From positions 15,810,001-15,874,000 of the forward strand of contig NC_092674.1 of assembly GCF_964355755.1 (NCBI RefSeq): DNA of 64,000 bases. Reading direction: 5' to 3'. The notes beneath the pieces are model-generated. The model was not told the DNA's origin. It saw nothing but the letters and a program-made list of their open reading frames with translations, and did not search any database. The position numbers and the translations under genes are program-made. Within the stretch, counting starts at the first letter, position 1. Every line of letters begins with the position of its first letter. Shown here piece by piece: positions 1-15,500 of the stretch. This DNA comes from Antedon mediterranea. Taxonomy: Eukaryota > Animalia > Echinodermata.

Positions 1-209
1 ATGTTACTAGTGTAGAAAAAGTATGGACTAGGTGTAGGTCTAGTGTAAAATTGAGTAGGGTAATATAAATGGGTGTACTTGTTTACACTGTGTCACGTAA
101 TCAGTCAATTGTATGGATGCAAACGATATAACATAATCCAACTTTATGAAAGTTGACACATTTATTATAATTATTATTATTATTCACAACAATGTCGACT
201 ATGACTCAC

Positions 210-557
210 CTTTTCAATCACTAAGTCAACATCAAACAACGTTTCCATCAAGTTTTCTTTTGATCTGATCTTTAGAAATGGTTGGCACATTTCAGTGTGA
301 TCTGCAATGCTATCTTTTATCATAAGTTCTTTTCTATTTGTATAATCATCTTTTTTACTGTCTGTTTCTTGATTAGGCTTATTGTTTATTTTGTTTTTTC
401 CCTTCTCATCAATACATTGGTCTCCATTTACTTCACTAATACCACTTGGGAATGCATCTTTGTTCCAACAAAATATTGCTTTTGATATAGTAATTGCATG
501 TTTTTGATCTTCAGGTTTTTTATTTTTTTCCTCAATATCTTCTAATAATAGTATTTC
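210..557 (-). CDS. ABCC5: ABCC coding exon 9 (start of NBD1 with a long charged insertion): EILLLED...AIFCWN...ETLFDVDLVIEK
   Basis: Acceptor T8AATAG, donor GTGAGT, 348 nt open frame. Confidence 0.9.
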
Positions 558-3500
558 CTATTAAAAAAAATACCCAAAAGCATATGTAATTTTTAGTTCA
601 AAAAAAGAAATTCTATGTAAATAGTATAGCTTACCAAACAACCTAATAATATAATTACTAAACTTGAAATCGTCACTTTGACGAGTCGGTTATCTGCACC
701 ACAAACGTCATGCGCACGTACATTTAGCCCGTTTTATAAAACGCTCACAGAAAAAAGATTTATATGCTATTATGATCTGAATAACAAGAACATAATTGTT
801 GTCAGTGTGCTCTCGACTATTTTGTTTCCAAGTATATAGGCCTACACTAAATGTTGTGTACAGACTATATTCAGTGTAGCTTAGGTGAAAATATGGGACC
901 GGCCTTTAATTCTAATTTTTAACATGATGACGTCATCAAAATGAAAGACGAAGATACCAATTTCGGATGAAAATTGTTTGAGCAACAACATATTAATTCG
1001 TATATGCATGCAAATGCAAAATATACATAACTTTTAACTGAATGATGAACCCAGCAGTGAGTGCATGGCTTTTAATCAATCAGTAAATCAAACATTCTAT
1101 CATGCATGGTTTATTAATACCTCATTCAGCTGGCATTAATTAGAAATATCATGTCTATTGGGACATATACACATTAATATGTACAGTGAATCAGTGTTTT
1201 CATGAGTAATTGCACATTTATTTTATTGATTTGCATTGTTTGCAGACTTCTCTAGGAAATATAAAATCTACTGTACTACTTAGTATTTAAAAAATATAAT
1301 AATTAATTAATATTTGGAATGATTTCATTGATTGCATTTTGGATGTCAGCCCGCAACAATCGGCAGTCGCATTAAAACAAATCATGGAAGGGCTCGGTTC
1401 TAGAGGCTAGGCATAGCATAGATTGGGTGATAGTGAGCGTATTGAGATAAAACATTGTAATTTAAAACATAACTTTGAATTTACCATTGCGGTTTCTTAT
1501 ATTACTATTCTGTAAAAATGTAATGATTCTAGCATGTTTCAATACCATTTGGTAAAATACGTTTTCATTGACGAGTTGCTTGTTGGGAAATAGCATTAAA
1601 GTAAGCGTTTACGTGCTTGTGCAAAACCTCCTTTATTAAAAAAGCATTACCATTGTACGAATTTTAGCTGCATTCACAATTTGGTAATTTTATTAGTGTA
1701 TACTGAATTTTTTCAACCACTTTACATATTTGAGCGTAAGGACAAACATGCATCATAAATTGACAGTCCATAATAGGATCCAACTTTTCAAGAATTCACC
1801 AAGTGTCTGATCATCAACATTTCATAATGCCATGTACTCAAAAAGAAGTTCAAACTTGAAGAATAAGAAGAAAGAATGATCTTACTTTAATTCTTTTTGC
1901 AGCAACTGATGCTTCACCTACTCCTTTGATAGCATAGGGTGTGGACATAAGTGTCACTCTCATAGAATTTAAGCAAGCAACATATGTAAATGCCTGTAAT
2001 CAAGAATTTTGAAATATTTTATTTAATAATGGTATAATTTAAATACTTCATATTGTTTTGGAAGGTTTGTTTATAATACATAGAATTTGACTTGAGCTCA
2101 TATCAATATAAATTTCCAAGAAAATTGATGATTAGATATTAAGTGTATAACATTTGTTTGATGAAAAACACATGTTAGTGAAGATGTTGTTTTTACATTT
2201 TGAACTATGCTTTATTAAAGATATATTGTCCCCTGAAAAAATGTTTTTTTATTTTTTGGTAATATTTTAATGTCACATAAAAAAATGCTAATTCAAAGCA
2301 AAAAAATTGTAAAATTGAACCATCTGTCTTTTTATATTAAGTAAAAACTTTCTTTTTATTAATTTTTTTTTTAAATATTGCCTATTCCTGGTTTTAAAAA
2401 GTGACTGTTTAGACATTTTCTATCACAAAGTTCATGCCATGGTGTTCATAGGGTTTGCTGAAGTCCTCTTTTCCAACTAGAGACAACCAAGGCCTACAGT
2501 AGGCAATCTCATGATGATGTTTTGGCCATCTTAAACAGCTAGCAGGAAAATTCCACCACTACTACTATAACAATTCCGGCTATGAGCTTCCAGAAGCAAA
2601 CATATTCAAATTCATGTAAGCATCTATCTATTGATCAATTTTAAGATTTGCATTTATCAATAATTGTTCACATTAGAAAGTAAAGAAATTACATACTTGT
2701 GCTGCAGTAAGACTATCTCCTAACAAGGTGTGTACCAGTATTGTAACAACAGTTGCTATGATGGGAACCAATGGTGACAGTGACAAGTTAATACTCTGAA
2801 TTATTGCTGCCTTCTCAAGAAAAACTTTCTCATTCAAGCGAACCTCTATAGTATAAAGAAAAATCAACATACAATGCATATAGATTAAGAAAACTATAAA
2901 TAAACAGCAGCAAACTTTTAGAAAATACTATTTATAAGTTGGGGCGACTTTTTCTCATTCTAACAGATTTCCTTATCTTTATCGTTTCAAATTAATTAAT
3001 TAAATTTCAGTATATCACAGGGTGGTTTAGAATTCATGTTCTGCGCCTGATGTGTATGTATATATATAAATCCATACATTTGGTACTGATTTTAACCACC
3101 TAATTAACCCTGTTTACTAATTAAGTTGAGTTAAATAATTAGTTATTGACGATTAAAACAAATTTAGGTTCAACGATTTGCCCCAAATAGGGATGTTTTC
3201 CGATCGTGGTATACACTCTCTAATGGATGTCGATGCCGAAAAATGCCTGGTGGTTAAACAGCTCGAGTACAGCATCATAATGTTGAAGACACAAAGGCAA
3301 GTACACTCATAACAGAAATTCGATCCATTAAAAAAAATCTGTGACTGCAGTGGTGAGATATAGGTATTTTTTAAACAGATATTGAGCTAGCGTTTTTAAT
3401 CGCCGTCCATATCTGTACAATTAACTTTATTAATATTGCAGTTCAACCACCAACACCCACACCACGACCCCTCCCCCTCAATTTCATGAGTAGCGTTGTA

Positions 3501-6500
3501 AAGCCAGTACTTCTTATTTCTATTGATCAAACAGTTAAAATATATAATTATATGTAACACTGAAAATGCTAATAACACCAGTAAATATATGAGTAGTGTA
3601 CAACAAATGTATTATATATAATATATTCCTTAATTGCAAGATGTTGTTGTAAGAAAACAATCCATGTTTGATACATGTTTTATTGTCCTGTGGTACGAAC
3701 ATTTGAAATTGTTTTTTACGCTGAAATTATACTATGTATTCGAGAACTATCTAGTCATTTCAAATTAATTACTTAATTTATTTTAAAAGTTGGATTTGGA
3801 ATGATGACAGAGTAGAGCTTCGTAAAATTTGACCAATCACAAACAGTCTTCCTAAGGTCTTTGGTTACAATCATATTTTAGAGAGCGCTGTGTAAGACAA
3901 TGGGTTTGAGGCTCTCTCACTCCATGGTTCTGGTGGTAGAACAAGTCTTCTCGGATAAGGACTATAAACTGTAGGTCCAGTGTACACATCTAGCTCGTGT
4001 GCACTTTAAAGAGCCTAGTACATCTTTCGAGACAAGTAGAGGGTTACCCCGGTGTACTAGTTCACACACACTGTCACGGACAGATAATGGCGCCGTAGTT
4101 GACTGCCGATGACATGATGTGACCCTTAGGGGAGAAGAATGTTGTTGAAAAGGTGTAACATCTAAGTCCACAGCGCTCTGATCTTCATAAAATAGCGCTA
4201 TAAAAAATGTCGCATTACATTACATGTAACCATACATATATATGTTTATTTATAAATCACTAAGCATGAATTGTATGGCTTGTGGGGAAAAACCGATACC
4301 TGTCGATCTTTGGTTTCGAGTTTGTGCCTCAACACTTAAAATGACGTGGTCAATATCAAAGTTATCCAGACTTCGCTGAATTTTATATATCAGTCAATAT
4401 CAAAATCTGTGAGGAACAGTTACGATCCTCTGAGCTGTAGTCATGTGATGCAATTTCAACCAATCACATTCACATTATTATTAATACACGCCATGAATTT
4501 ATATATTAATATTAGGGCTGATTTTTCTCATTTTCACAAATGTCCTCATCTTTATCATTTCAAGTTAGTTTTAAATTTTCAGAATATCTTTGCCTGTTTA
4601 TATTAATACTGTTATGTTATTCTTGTCTATTTTACTTTATCATCAGGATAACTCCTTGTGATTATATGAAATCATCATCATCATCATCTTTTTTTTCTTT
4701 TTGGTTATCCGCAACTTAGTTGCGGATAACCCTTGTGATTGTAAATATCTTTTTCTTCTTCTTTGTTATTCTTCTTTCTTTCCCAGATTTTTGTCCACAG
4801 CATATCCCCTATTGCTTGTGAACATAACTTTGTATAACTTTGTCAAAAGATTGACCTGTAGCTGTAGATGTGCAAGAAACTTCGTTATATGCCGTTAGAG
4901 TCGCGCAGCGTAAGTTGCGCGCAATTTTATGAATTTCAATGATTGATCATAGATTATAAACCAAAAGTTATTTTGTATTGACACTTGGTGAACATTTATT
5001 TATTCTACACTGTATGTAATATGTATACAGATTATACTGTTTATACTGTATATACTATATGACACAAAATTGACAGAATTCAGCACTAATTACAACATAT
5101 CATATTCTTCAGTTCAGGTCATAATGCTATAATCTTTTTCTGTGTGCAAAATTCCAACGTATGACATGCACGCGGCGTTTGTTGTGCGCATAACTAACTC
5201 GTCAAAGTGACGAGTTCAAATCTAGTTTTGAATTAGCTTTTTGCTTATTCTTTTATTTACGTATCTCTATTGAGATCCAGTCACTGCTCAGCTTTTTACA
5301 GTAATTTGCCTTTAGATTTATTATATTGTTTACATAAATATTGACATTAAAATAACTATAAGGATTTCAAGGCCATAACTTGATATGTTAAGGGTAAACC
5401 CAGCTGAAGACTAATAAACAACTCTCCTGAGGCAAATGTAACATTTGATCAGCATCAATATTACTAAACATCAATGTGCTGAGTGGTTAGATGAGCAGCC
5501 ATAAGGGACAGAAGATACATTGCATATTCATCACACTGTCACAGAGTATTCTTAAAAGCTATTAAAGTGATTGTAGAAACAGTAAAATGAGAAGAGGGGT
5601 CACCCCGTAGCCATGAGCAATAGCTGGTAATCATACCCCAGGCCTTGAATCACTGCCCAGCATAAATATCTATTTCGAACTTTAATACTCAAAGTATGTC
5701 TTACTGTACATCTCTACATTAAATACTTTATGGTTATACTTATACTGTAGTCATCAAAGAAAATTTTTTTTTTAATTGGATATTAGCAGTGAAATGGAAT
5801 CCTTTCCTTATAATAAAACATATATCTTTATGGCACTGAAATGGGAGCTTGGTGAATGAACAAAAGCTCTTAAACAATAGAATCAAAAACATAATTTTGT
5901 TTCCCTTTTTTTAAATCATCAGTTCAGGTTGTCCACGAAAATCCAACATGCACGTACGTTAAAATATATGAACGTTGACAATTATTATGCCATTGTACGA
6001 CATGAATTATATGTTTACAATGCTAAATTGTACCTATTTTGTATCATACAGCATTTTACAGTATTTACAGAATACACAGTATGTTATACAAAGTGTAACA
6101 TAGATGAAATTACAAGACCCATCTTTTAATCCAATTTTTAACACGATGACGTCATAACAAATCAGTAATAAAAATTTCGAAGAATTTTGGATTTTGGGCA
6201 TGTAATATCAAGATTCGCTCTCTTTTAATCATGAGAAACATTTACGAAAGAGATTAAAATCTGACTTTTTGAATTCAGCTGACCATATGATGACATCATG
6301 TCATCAAGATAGACAAAATGTGTATATGAATTCATATCTACAAATCAACAGCTTCCATAATGAGTCTTAATCACGTAGGTCACTTTTCATTCCGATGAGC
6401 TATAACACTGATTAAAATATACTATATAGATGAAATTAAGTAAATCACGTTATTCTAATTTTTGTTATATGCTGATGTAATAACAATTAACAATTTTGCA

Positions 6501-9500
6501 ACTCATGTGAGAGAAAATTGATTTAGCAAAAACATATTAAAAGCTAGGAAAAAATGGGAAAGGCATTACCACAATGTGCGCTATTAAATGTGATTAACTA
6601 GTACAAAAGCAAACAAAATTCTATTTTTTAAATTGATTAGAAATTGATGTTTCGCAATATAAAATTTTAACTGCGCGTGTACATGTAATTTCTTGTGCAA
6701 AAAGCCATTTTTAATTTTATTCTATACAAAGTTGACCCCTTACATAAATTATGATTTTGTTAAAGATGTATTGTCCCTTTGACTAATTCAAAAAAAATTT
6801 TTTTTTTAATATTTCGAAAAAAGGTGAGTCATTTTGAAGTATCATAATAGTTATTAACTTTCACCAAAAATTGAGATAGGCTGTGCACAAAAATTTAACA
6901 CTGTACTTATAATACAATCAATTTTCGGCATTCACATTTTGTTTAAAATCCTTTTGTTTCACACGTTGTATTGCGCGGATCACCTAATTCATCAAAAGTG
7001 ACGAGTTCACATCTAATAGTAAAATTAAATTTATTAATTACTCAAATGTAAGTACATTATAATAATATACAGTAATAATGTTTTCTTAATCTTACATAAG
7101 ATCATTTTTATCAGTCAAATTAGAATTAATAAATTTTAAATAGAAGTGAAAAACAAAATAATTCAAGCTAAACACATACTTGCAATTTTATTAATGAATG
7201 GCAACTCCCAAGCATACATCTTGATTACTTTTATATTGCTGATAATCTCATCCATTTTGCTTACACGTGCGTCAGTAATAGAAACTGCACTCTCCCGAAG
7301 GCTTGATACTATTTTGAAGATCACCATCTAAGGAAAACAAAAACTATACTTAAAGATGTATTGTCCCCCAGAAAACATGAAAAATGAATATAAATTAAAA
7401 AAAAGAAATTGCATTTTGCAGTTTTAATAAAGTTATCACAAAAAATAACATTTTCACTTATATTATAAAAAGACAAATTCAATGGTAAACTTTGAACTCG
7501 TCACTTTGACGAGTTAGTTATCCGCACAACAACAACGCCACATGCACGTATAGAAAATGTGAACAGAAACAGCTGTTACAGCACTTATTACCTAATAATA
7601 TTACCGTATGTTGGTGCTAAATTCTGTCTATTTTGTGCTTTATACAGTATAATATGTCTGTATATATCTACATACAGTGTAACAATAACATACTGAAAAA
7701 TTTACTGTAAAGATTTTTTTTTAATTTAATTGGCCATATGATGATGTCAGACAACTTGTCAAGCAACAAAGTTACATTCATATACAACTTATTAGCTTTT
7801 AAAATAAGTTGAAAAATTAGTGGGTCAACGGTCTTCCTGTAGCGCTATAATAGATTAAAAATAGATATATTTTTTCAAAAATTTGCATTGAATTTGCGAT
7901 TTTTAAGCACACGGTTTTTAAAGTTTGGTGAATTGATTGAGAAAGAAAATATTCAAATCTAGGGCGAAATGAGATAAGTATAAGCGCAATGCGCTTCATT
8001 AAATTGAATGTTAACTAGTATTAAAGGGAAAAAATTCTTTTATTTACAAATTTGAGTGGCGATTGGTAACGTCAGAACATCCAGTGGGTACAAATTTACA
8101 TGATTGATATCTACAACTCATAAGCTTCCATAATACATTTTTAAAAGTTGGGGTAGCCAGCCATTCTGAAGAGCTATAACTGATTACAAATAGGTATATT
8201 TTTGCACAAATTTGCATTAAATTACCTATTCTTTAGCACACGATTATTAAAGTTTAACGTGCACGTGCGTCGTTATTTTGCAATTAAAGTTCATCAATAT
8301 GAATGAAATCTACTACAGAAGGTATGAAAAGCAAAAATCAATTGCTAAAAACATTTTTCTACGCTTTGCACAAGCGGGTGCAGAAAACGCACACAAATTA
8401 GAACATTTAACAAAATTCATTTTGCATGTTTTGAAATTTCAAATACGCGTACTCGCTTAATCTTGTGCATAGCAATCTTCTGACCAAGTTATACAATTTC
8501 ATGTTGACGAGCATTAAAGATACACTGCGGACAAAATTCGTGGAAAGAAAGAAAAATAAGACAGAAAAAAAAAATCCTGACAATAACAAGGGGTTTATCC
8601 GCCAAGTGAGGATAACCAAAAAAAAAGTTGATGATCTCATACAATCACAAGGAGTTATCCGCCAATGTCCGGATAACTAATTAAACCAAAAACTCATTGT
8701 TAAAGTAAGTTTTTCATACAGTTATTTTTTTATTCAACAAAAACATTTAAACAAATTATTTTTTCAGGGGGACAATAATCAACTTTAGATTTTGTTATAC
8801 TTTGAAGACACAGAAAATGTTATAGTTGAAATCATAAAATAATGGCTGTAAAAAAACTGCAAAGTTAAAACAAGTTTATGTTTAGTAAAATAATTCTTAT
8901 AATAAACTTCAATCAAGCAGCACAAATTTAAATATGGTTTTGTTCTTGGAATTATAAATTTAATTTAAAATTCTTATGACAGCCAGTTATGTTAATCTAA
9001 ATCTGCCTGAAGCTGTTCAACCCAGGCTAAATCAGTGATCAACTATAATTGATCTTATGTTTTAAATCTAAAATTGCATACACATAGCAACAGCTTTACT
9101 CTGTCATCATATCATTGCCTTATACTACAACTATACAAAGGGAATTGATTTTAAACCTTAAACTAGGTACAGCTTATCAACCCTTTCGCACGAAATGTCA
9201 AAATAATATGAAAATTGCCAGTCTTTCCCCAGACGACAATAAAATTGAATCAATCACCAGAATACACCAATATGGGGAAAGGGGTAGGGGTTGTTCCAGC
9301 TGAACATCACTTGAAATGACTTCCTTCCAGTACAGAAACAATGTATCACAAGGGACCCTTAAAATCCTTATAAGACATATCAACAATGTGAATCAAGCAA
9401 GTACAACCACACAAATGAAAAATGCTGAGCAATACATTGACCTGCATGGGGCTAATTAATATTTACAATACATTTATGAAACTATTAACATTTACAATAA

Positions 9501-12500
9501 CAGTATTTCTCAACTGCAATAATAAGCCTGAATGGTATGTGTATGTATCATACTATACACAGATGATAACAAAGCATCTAACTTTTATTCTTTTAGTCCT
9601 ACTGTACAGTATGCTTAGTAAATAGAAATGTTGAGCAATTGTATCAACTGCAGTCACATGCCTTTTTTAAATCATTAAAGTTGAAAATAAATAACGATGA
9701 TGATGATGATGATGATGATGATGATCGAGCCGGACTGCTAATATTTACACATTGTTTTTTTTTGTTCTATTTGTTGCTGGGTTTTAGTCTTATAGGACTT
9801 TTATTTATAATATAGTTTGACTTACACTTGCTTTGTTTACAAACCCTAATGACTTTATTTGATTGGTCAATTTGAACAAAAAAAACTTGGTTAAACGTAA
9901 ACAATTTTTAACGTTTATTTTGAATCTGGTTAATTCAATGCAATTCATCCCAACTCAATGTCGACTGAAAACAGGCTTTTAGCCAAGAACTAAATTGTCC
10001 TCTTAATAGTGGTTTTTGTGGGAAAAAACAAAAACAATTTACTGTATACCAATATTAACAATGACCTGACTAAAAATGACCTGACTGAACAATGACCTGA
10101 CTGAAAATTGAGAATTGAAAATAAAGCAGCCAAACATTTCACCAATAAAAACTGTATATAATTGTTATGATATCTATTTTTTTTAATTAATTAAAAAAAA
10201 TAATCATTCGGTCGTTTTTGTGATGGAAAAAGAATATTGTCCTCTTAATAAGTGTTGAATCAACCATTTGTCCCAGTCAAAAGTGTCTCCGTCCTCTTAA
10301 TAGGGGTGTTTCCTGAGTATAGGGGTTTGCCGTAGTGTAAAAACATATATTGCCACTCAATTCATGGTAATAAGTGTAATAAGGGTGTCCCCTGAATATG
10401 GGTGTCCTATTAAAGGAAAACAGATCTAAAGATAATTGATGGAGAAGAAAAAAAACTTTTGTTTGACTTCTATTAAAACATGTATATAGTATTTAGAATA
10501 TTAATACAACAAAACACCTCATAGACAGTTAAGCTTAAGAGCAATTTTCTGATCCTTGCATTTTTAAAACTTTATTATTTTAGGTATCACAATTCTACAA
10601 GAAGTAAATGGTAACAACTGTATATTATGTCTATAGCAATATCACAATCAACGTTTGAGTGAGTGAGTGGCCAAGCGGTTAAGACAGTGGAACCGTAATT
10701 ACGTAGCCATAACATCGGCAAGGGTACGAGGCACACTCGCTCCATGGTTCTAGTGGTAGAACAAGTCTTCTCGGATAAGCACTATAAACTGTAGGTCCGG
10801 TGTACACATAGCTCATGTGCACTTTAAAAAACCTAGTATATCTTTCGAGACGAGTAGGGGGTTACCACGGTGTTAAGTCCACACAAAACACAGCCACTGT
10901 CGCACACAGCCACTGTGCAATTGGGACTGGACCGTTTTTAGAGGTGTTTACCACCTGCTGGTCCCGATCCTTCACTAACAGTTGAATAAACAAAAAATAA
11001 AATAAATACACGTTATAAAATTAAATTTAAAACTACTAAAGGTTTCTCTATTTTTCATAACTGATTTTTATGCAATAGAAAAAACAATTGCCGTCTCCAC
11101 AAAGGATTCTATGTTTTCTTTAAGTCGGCTATAGTCTCTGAAAAATCTAAAGAACCACTTGCCTTCTTAGCTGATGAGGATTGACATTTTTAAATAATGG
11201 TCTGAGAAAATATAGGCTTAGGTTGTTTTTTTAAAATATAAAGTAAGAGTTGCATATTGGAATTAACTAGAATAATACATTTTTATGTCACAAATGAACT
11301 TTCCTAAAGAAAAGAAGAAGAATATGAATTTGATTGATTGCTATAACAGATAGAAAACATTTACAAGACTGTGACCATTAAAAATGTTACTTCAAAATTT
11401 GAAAATGTAAGAGTTTACTACTTGATAAACAATAAAGGAGTGGCCCAGCATCGGAATATACAAAAAAAATCAGTTTTTGATCCGGAGTAGACAAAACATT
11501 GCCTTTACTGCCGCCCGGAAGAATACAATTATTAACAAAGATATGAACATTGAGTTAAGCACTTTTTATGCACTGGTCCTGATGCGCCACTGGTTATATT
11601 CATGCCAAATATATACGCCATATGATACATCGTGCGAGTCATAGAAGTCTTACTTTCTACAACAATTTAATGATTTTGCTGTTAACAAGCGAGGGAACAA
11701 TCTCCCACTAAAAAAATATGTGGGGGGGGGGGGGGACATGTCATACATCCCAGGATCTGCGCCGGTGTGTGAGGTTATGTTGACTTATGTTTCAAAATCA
11801 ATGGTATGTGTGCCATATAAAAATGTTCTACTCCTGAGCCAAAATTGAAATTGAAATTGAATTGGCCTAGCTTCCTGGCCTGCCTTGTGCGATGAATCAA
11901 GATGGATTCATTGAATAATAATTTATTTAGAGTATAGTAGGTGTGTTAGGCTCGAACTCATGCTAGTCCGATTCCTTATCATGTATTATACAAAATATCT
12001 GCCAAATTTTTCAGTGGCCAATTGTATATAGCGCCCTCTATGTTATAAAAACTCAAAATAATCGCAAAATACACGTCCAATGTTTATTTTTAAACGAATT
12101 GAATTAGGCTTTACTCTACTACATCAACCATAAAATACAAAACAAACAATCATAAGCCTAGGCTAATATGCTCAAATTAATTAAATAATAAATAATGTCG
12201 TAGGCTATTTTTCTTCAAAATAAGCAATTTAATTTCAAAATGTTTTTTCTGAATATTTTTATGGATGCGTGAGAAAAATCGAGAGCGAGACTGGCGCATT
12301 AGGCATTAGAGTTGGCAGGTATAGTAATAAATTATTGTAATTTATTTAAGTTATAAAATACAAAGTATTTATTATTATCTATATATAAATACTGTACAAT
12401 AAATATAAATACATATTTTATAAAGTACAAATTTGTACTTCATATAAATCTGTACTATTGGTTTTTCAACATTTTTGACAATAATATGCGTTTCCTAGGT

Positions 12501-15500
12501 AACCAATCTACTTGAATTTAAACATTTGTATAGTGACAAAACCACTACCAAAACAAGGTATTACAAAGTGATGTATACCATAATAACAAAAAATATCTGC
12601 TGCCAGTTTTCAATGTATATTCAGTTAAAACTGTAATTAATACAGAAATTGTAGCAATTATACTTTGCCTTACATTACAATAGAGAAAAATTGTACAGTA
12701 CAGTAAAACAAAGAGCATAATTTAAAATAAAAGTTGCTGATAATTAGGGATAAAAACATCATCTAAATTAATTTTATAATAATAAACAGCAACTTCTCCT
12801 ATGTCAAGATATAAATTCTTGTTATCCAAACATTTATCTCAGAAAAATTAACCACATCAGGAAATATTTATTCTCGGAATCAGGTAAATCCATAATCTAT
12901 GCTGTAGTCGCTGCTAAACTTGACTATGGAAACGCACTCTTGTTTGGACTACCGGATTCACAACTGTATCTCTTCTTCAGCATGCTCAGAACGCTGCTGC
13001 CAGAATCACCACTCGTACTAGACAACATGAACACATCACACCAGTACTTCAAAACTTGCATTAGCTGCCCATTCAATTCTGCATTAAATTCAAACTGCTT
13101 CTCATAACATACAAATCTCTAAATGGACCTCAGTATATTGCTGATCTTCTTGTACATTACACTTCGTCTCGTACATTGCGTTCATTTAATAAACTTCTCC
13201 TTCATGTTCCTTAATGGAAACTTCAGTCGTATGGTCATCATGCATTTCCTGTGCAGCACCCATTTCGTGTGAATACACTACCAATAGACATAAAGATATC
13301 AGAAAACGTCAACACCTTTAAAATACGACTGAAAACCCACTTATACAGAAGCATTTCCTGTTTAACTTCGTCAAGCGCCTTTGAACATTATTTTTATGTA
13401 TACCGGCGCTATATAAGTCTGATTGATTGATTGACACTAGCAAAGACTACTAATTGAGTTGCTAAAAGGAGTCAATAAATGGTCTCAGCGCTAATTTTTT
13501 CATTTCATTTATTTTGCCATCTTAATCCACACAAAATTTAAAACATCAAGATAAAAATGTTATGGTCTCTAGCTTAGCCGGCTTTAATTCGTGACGTCAA
13601 CTGGGAATTTATTTTGCAAATGTAAGTTTAACTAATTGTTTAAACTCAGCAATAAACCTGTGACTGTAAAAAGAAATGTATCACAAAGAAATGCCTTGTG
13701 GCCAATGATCGGTCAAACTTTTGAGAGATGGCTAATGAATGCATCAGTTATTTATGTAGGACAATCAATTATTTTATTTGTTTGTTGATAACATCATCGA
13801 TATACGCATTCATAATATCAAAGATTTGTAAAACGTGTATACATATTCTCATTTTTAATATCAATGCCAAAATAAGTTAACTTTTTTTATCCAAGTTTGG
13901 GGAGAATAAAAGCAGGTTGACCACTTTTATCAACCTCATGCCCATGATAATTCAGAATAGTATTGTTCACATTCTAATCGAACAAGTCCGAAAACTAACT
14001 TCAACTACTGATAGTCAAAATAATCAAATTTTAAAGGATACACAATTCTTTTCATATCCTGTGTAAAATAAAAATTGTAAACTGGGATTGAACATTTAAA
14101 TTGACATGCCATTGCTTCAAAATATACTTGAAAGAAATCAATTGGTAGCGAGAATCACTTCTTAGGATTCGTTGCTAGTGATATGTTTCAAATGATTAGT
14201 TACGCTATTCAGATTGAGTGACATCAAATTCACTTAGAAATTCAAGATATTTTAGAATGCAAATTAAACATTAAAAAGTAGTTTGTATTACAGAGGCCTT
14301 GAACTTACTGGGGAAGGGTTCAGGTGGGGAAACTTATATAAGTTGATTTGCATATTAGTATGTGATTTATTGACAGCGAATGGCTTTCACTGCTATATTC
14401 TTCTGTAATGGATTTTCATTATTAAACTTACATGATTTACAAACACATAAAAAAAAGTGTGAATTTGAATATATCAACAACACAAAATTATAGAAGGACA
14501 AAGAAACAGTATAAATACATGAAAGGGTAATCTTTGGAACTTTATAGATGGCAAATGACTATCACATATTCCTGGTAAATGGATCAATTAAATAATCCCT
14601 TTTACATTTGGAGATAAACTATGGAATTATAGTTTGCAGGAAATTCATGTAGTTCATATTTTTCTAATTTAATGGCGGTTTAAACGGAAATCCATACAAT
14701 TACAATGGATAAGCCATTGTGAATGTACACAACCAAACAACCTTGAGAAAATAGATTATTATTTAAAGGATTTGAAGAGGTTTTTTTAAACAATTATAAT
14801 TTTTTAATTCAAGGTAGTAAACTTGTTCATAAAAATGTGTAATAACATACCTAGGCTCACTAGGATGACATTTTTGCATAAAGCTATTACTCCAATATTT
14901 TACATTTTTAAAAATGCTTTCTCAAATTTGAAAGAACAATTTATTTAATGCTATTCCACTGACAAGTTTTCTAAAGTCTCAATACCTGCTTCTTAATACT
15001 TTCCTCCAGTTTTTCCTATTATATGCTTGCTTATTTGGATTGCTGTAAAATTTAAGGTTTAGATAGTATTGTGCCTATTGGTCGAAAGGAAAGCAAATTG
15101 CGTTTTAATATGAAATACAAAATGTTTATATACTTATTTAAGAATAAACCTTAAAGGCCATGGGTTTTATGAAATATAAGGCCATGGGTTTTATGCAATA
15201 TAAAGCCATGGGTTTTATGCAATATAAGCCCTGTAAATCTATTTCGATGAGTAAATCACAACAAAATCAAATGTTATCAAGTACAATTGTGGATCCTAAT
15301 TACAATGGGCCTGTTTCTGCTGCAACTGCTCAAAATACGGTATAAAAATACGGTATAAAATACGGTATTTTTTATACCGTATTTGTTAGTACCCCGTTTC
15401 TGCTAACAATACTTCTTGGGTGGTCGTGTTAAATTTCATCCTTTTTACCCAAATTGCCATTCATTTATTTCGTCGATAATTAAAAGTCGCAATGAAGTTA

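Noticed and set aside
282-485. Hydrophobic plus-strand ORF (also 7146-7331 and 45530-45790)
   Set aside because: These are antisense shadows of the real minus-strand ABCC exons.
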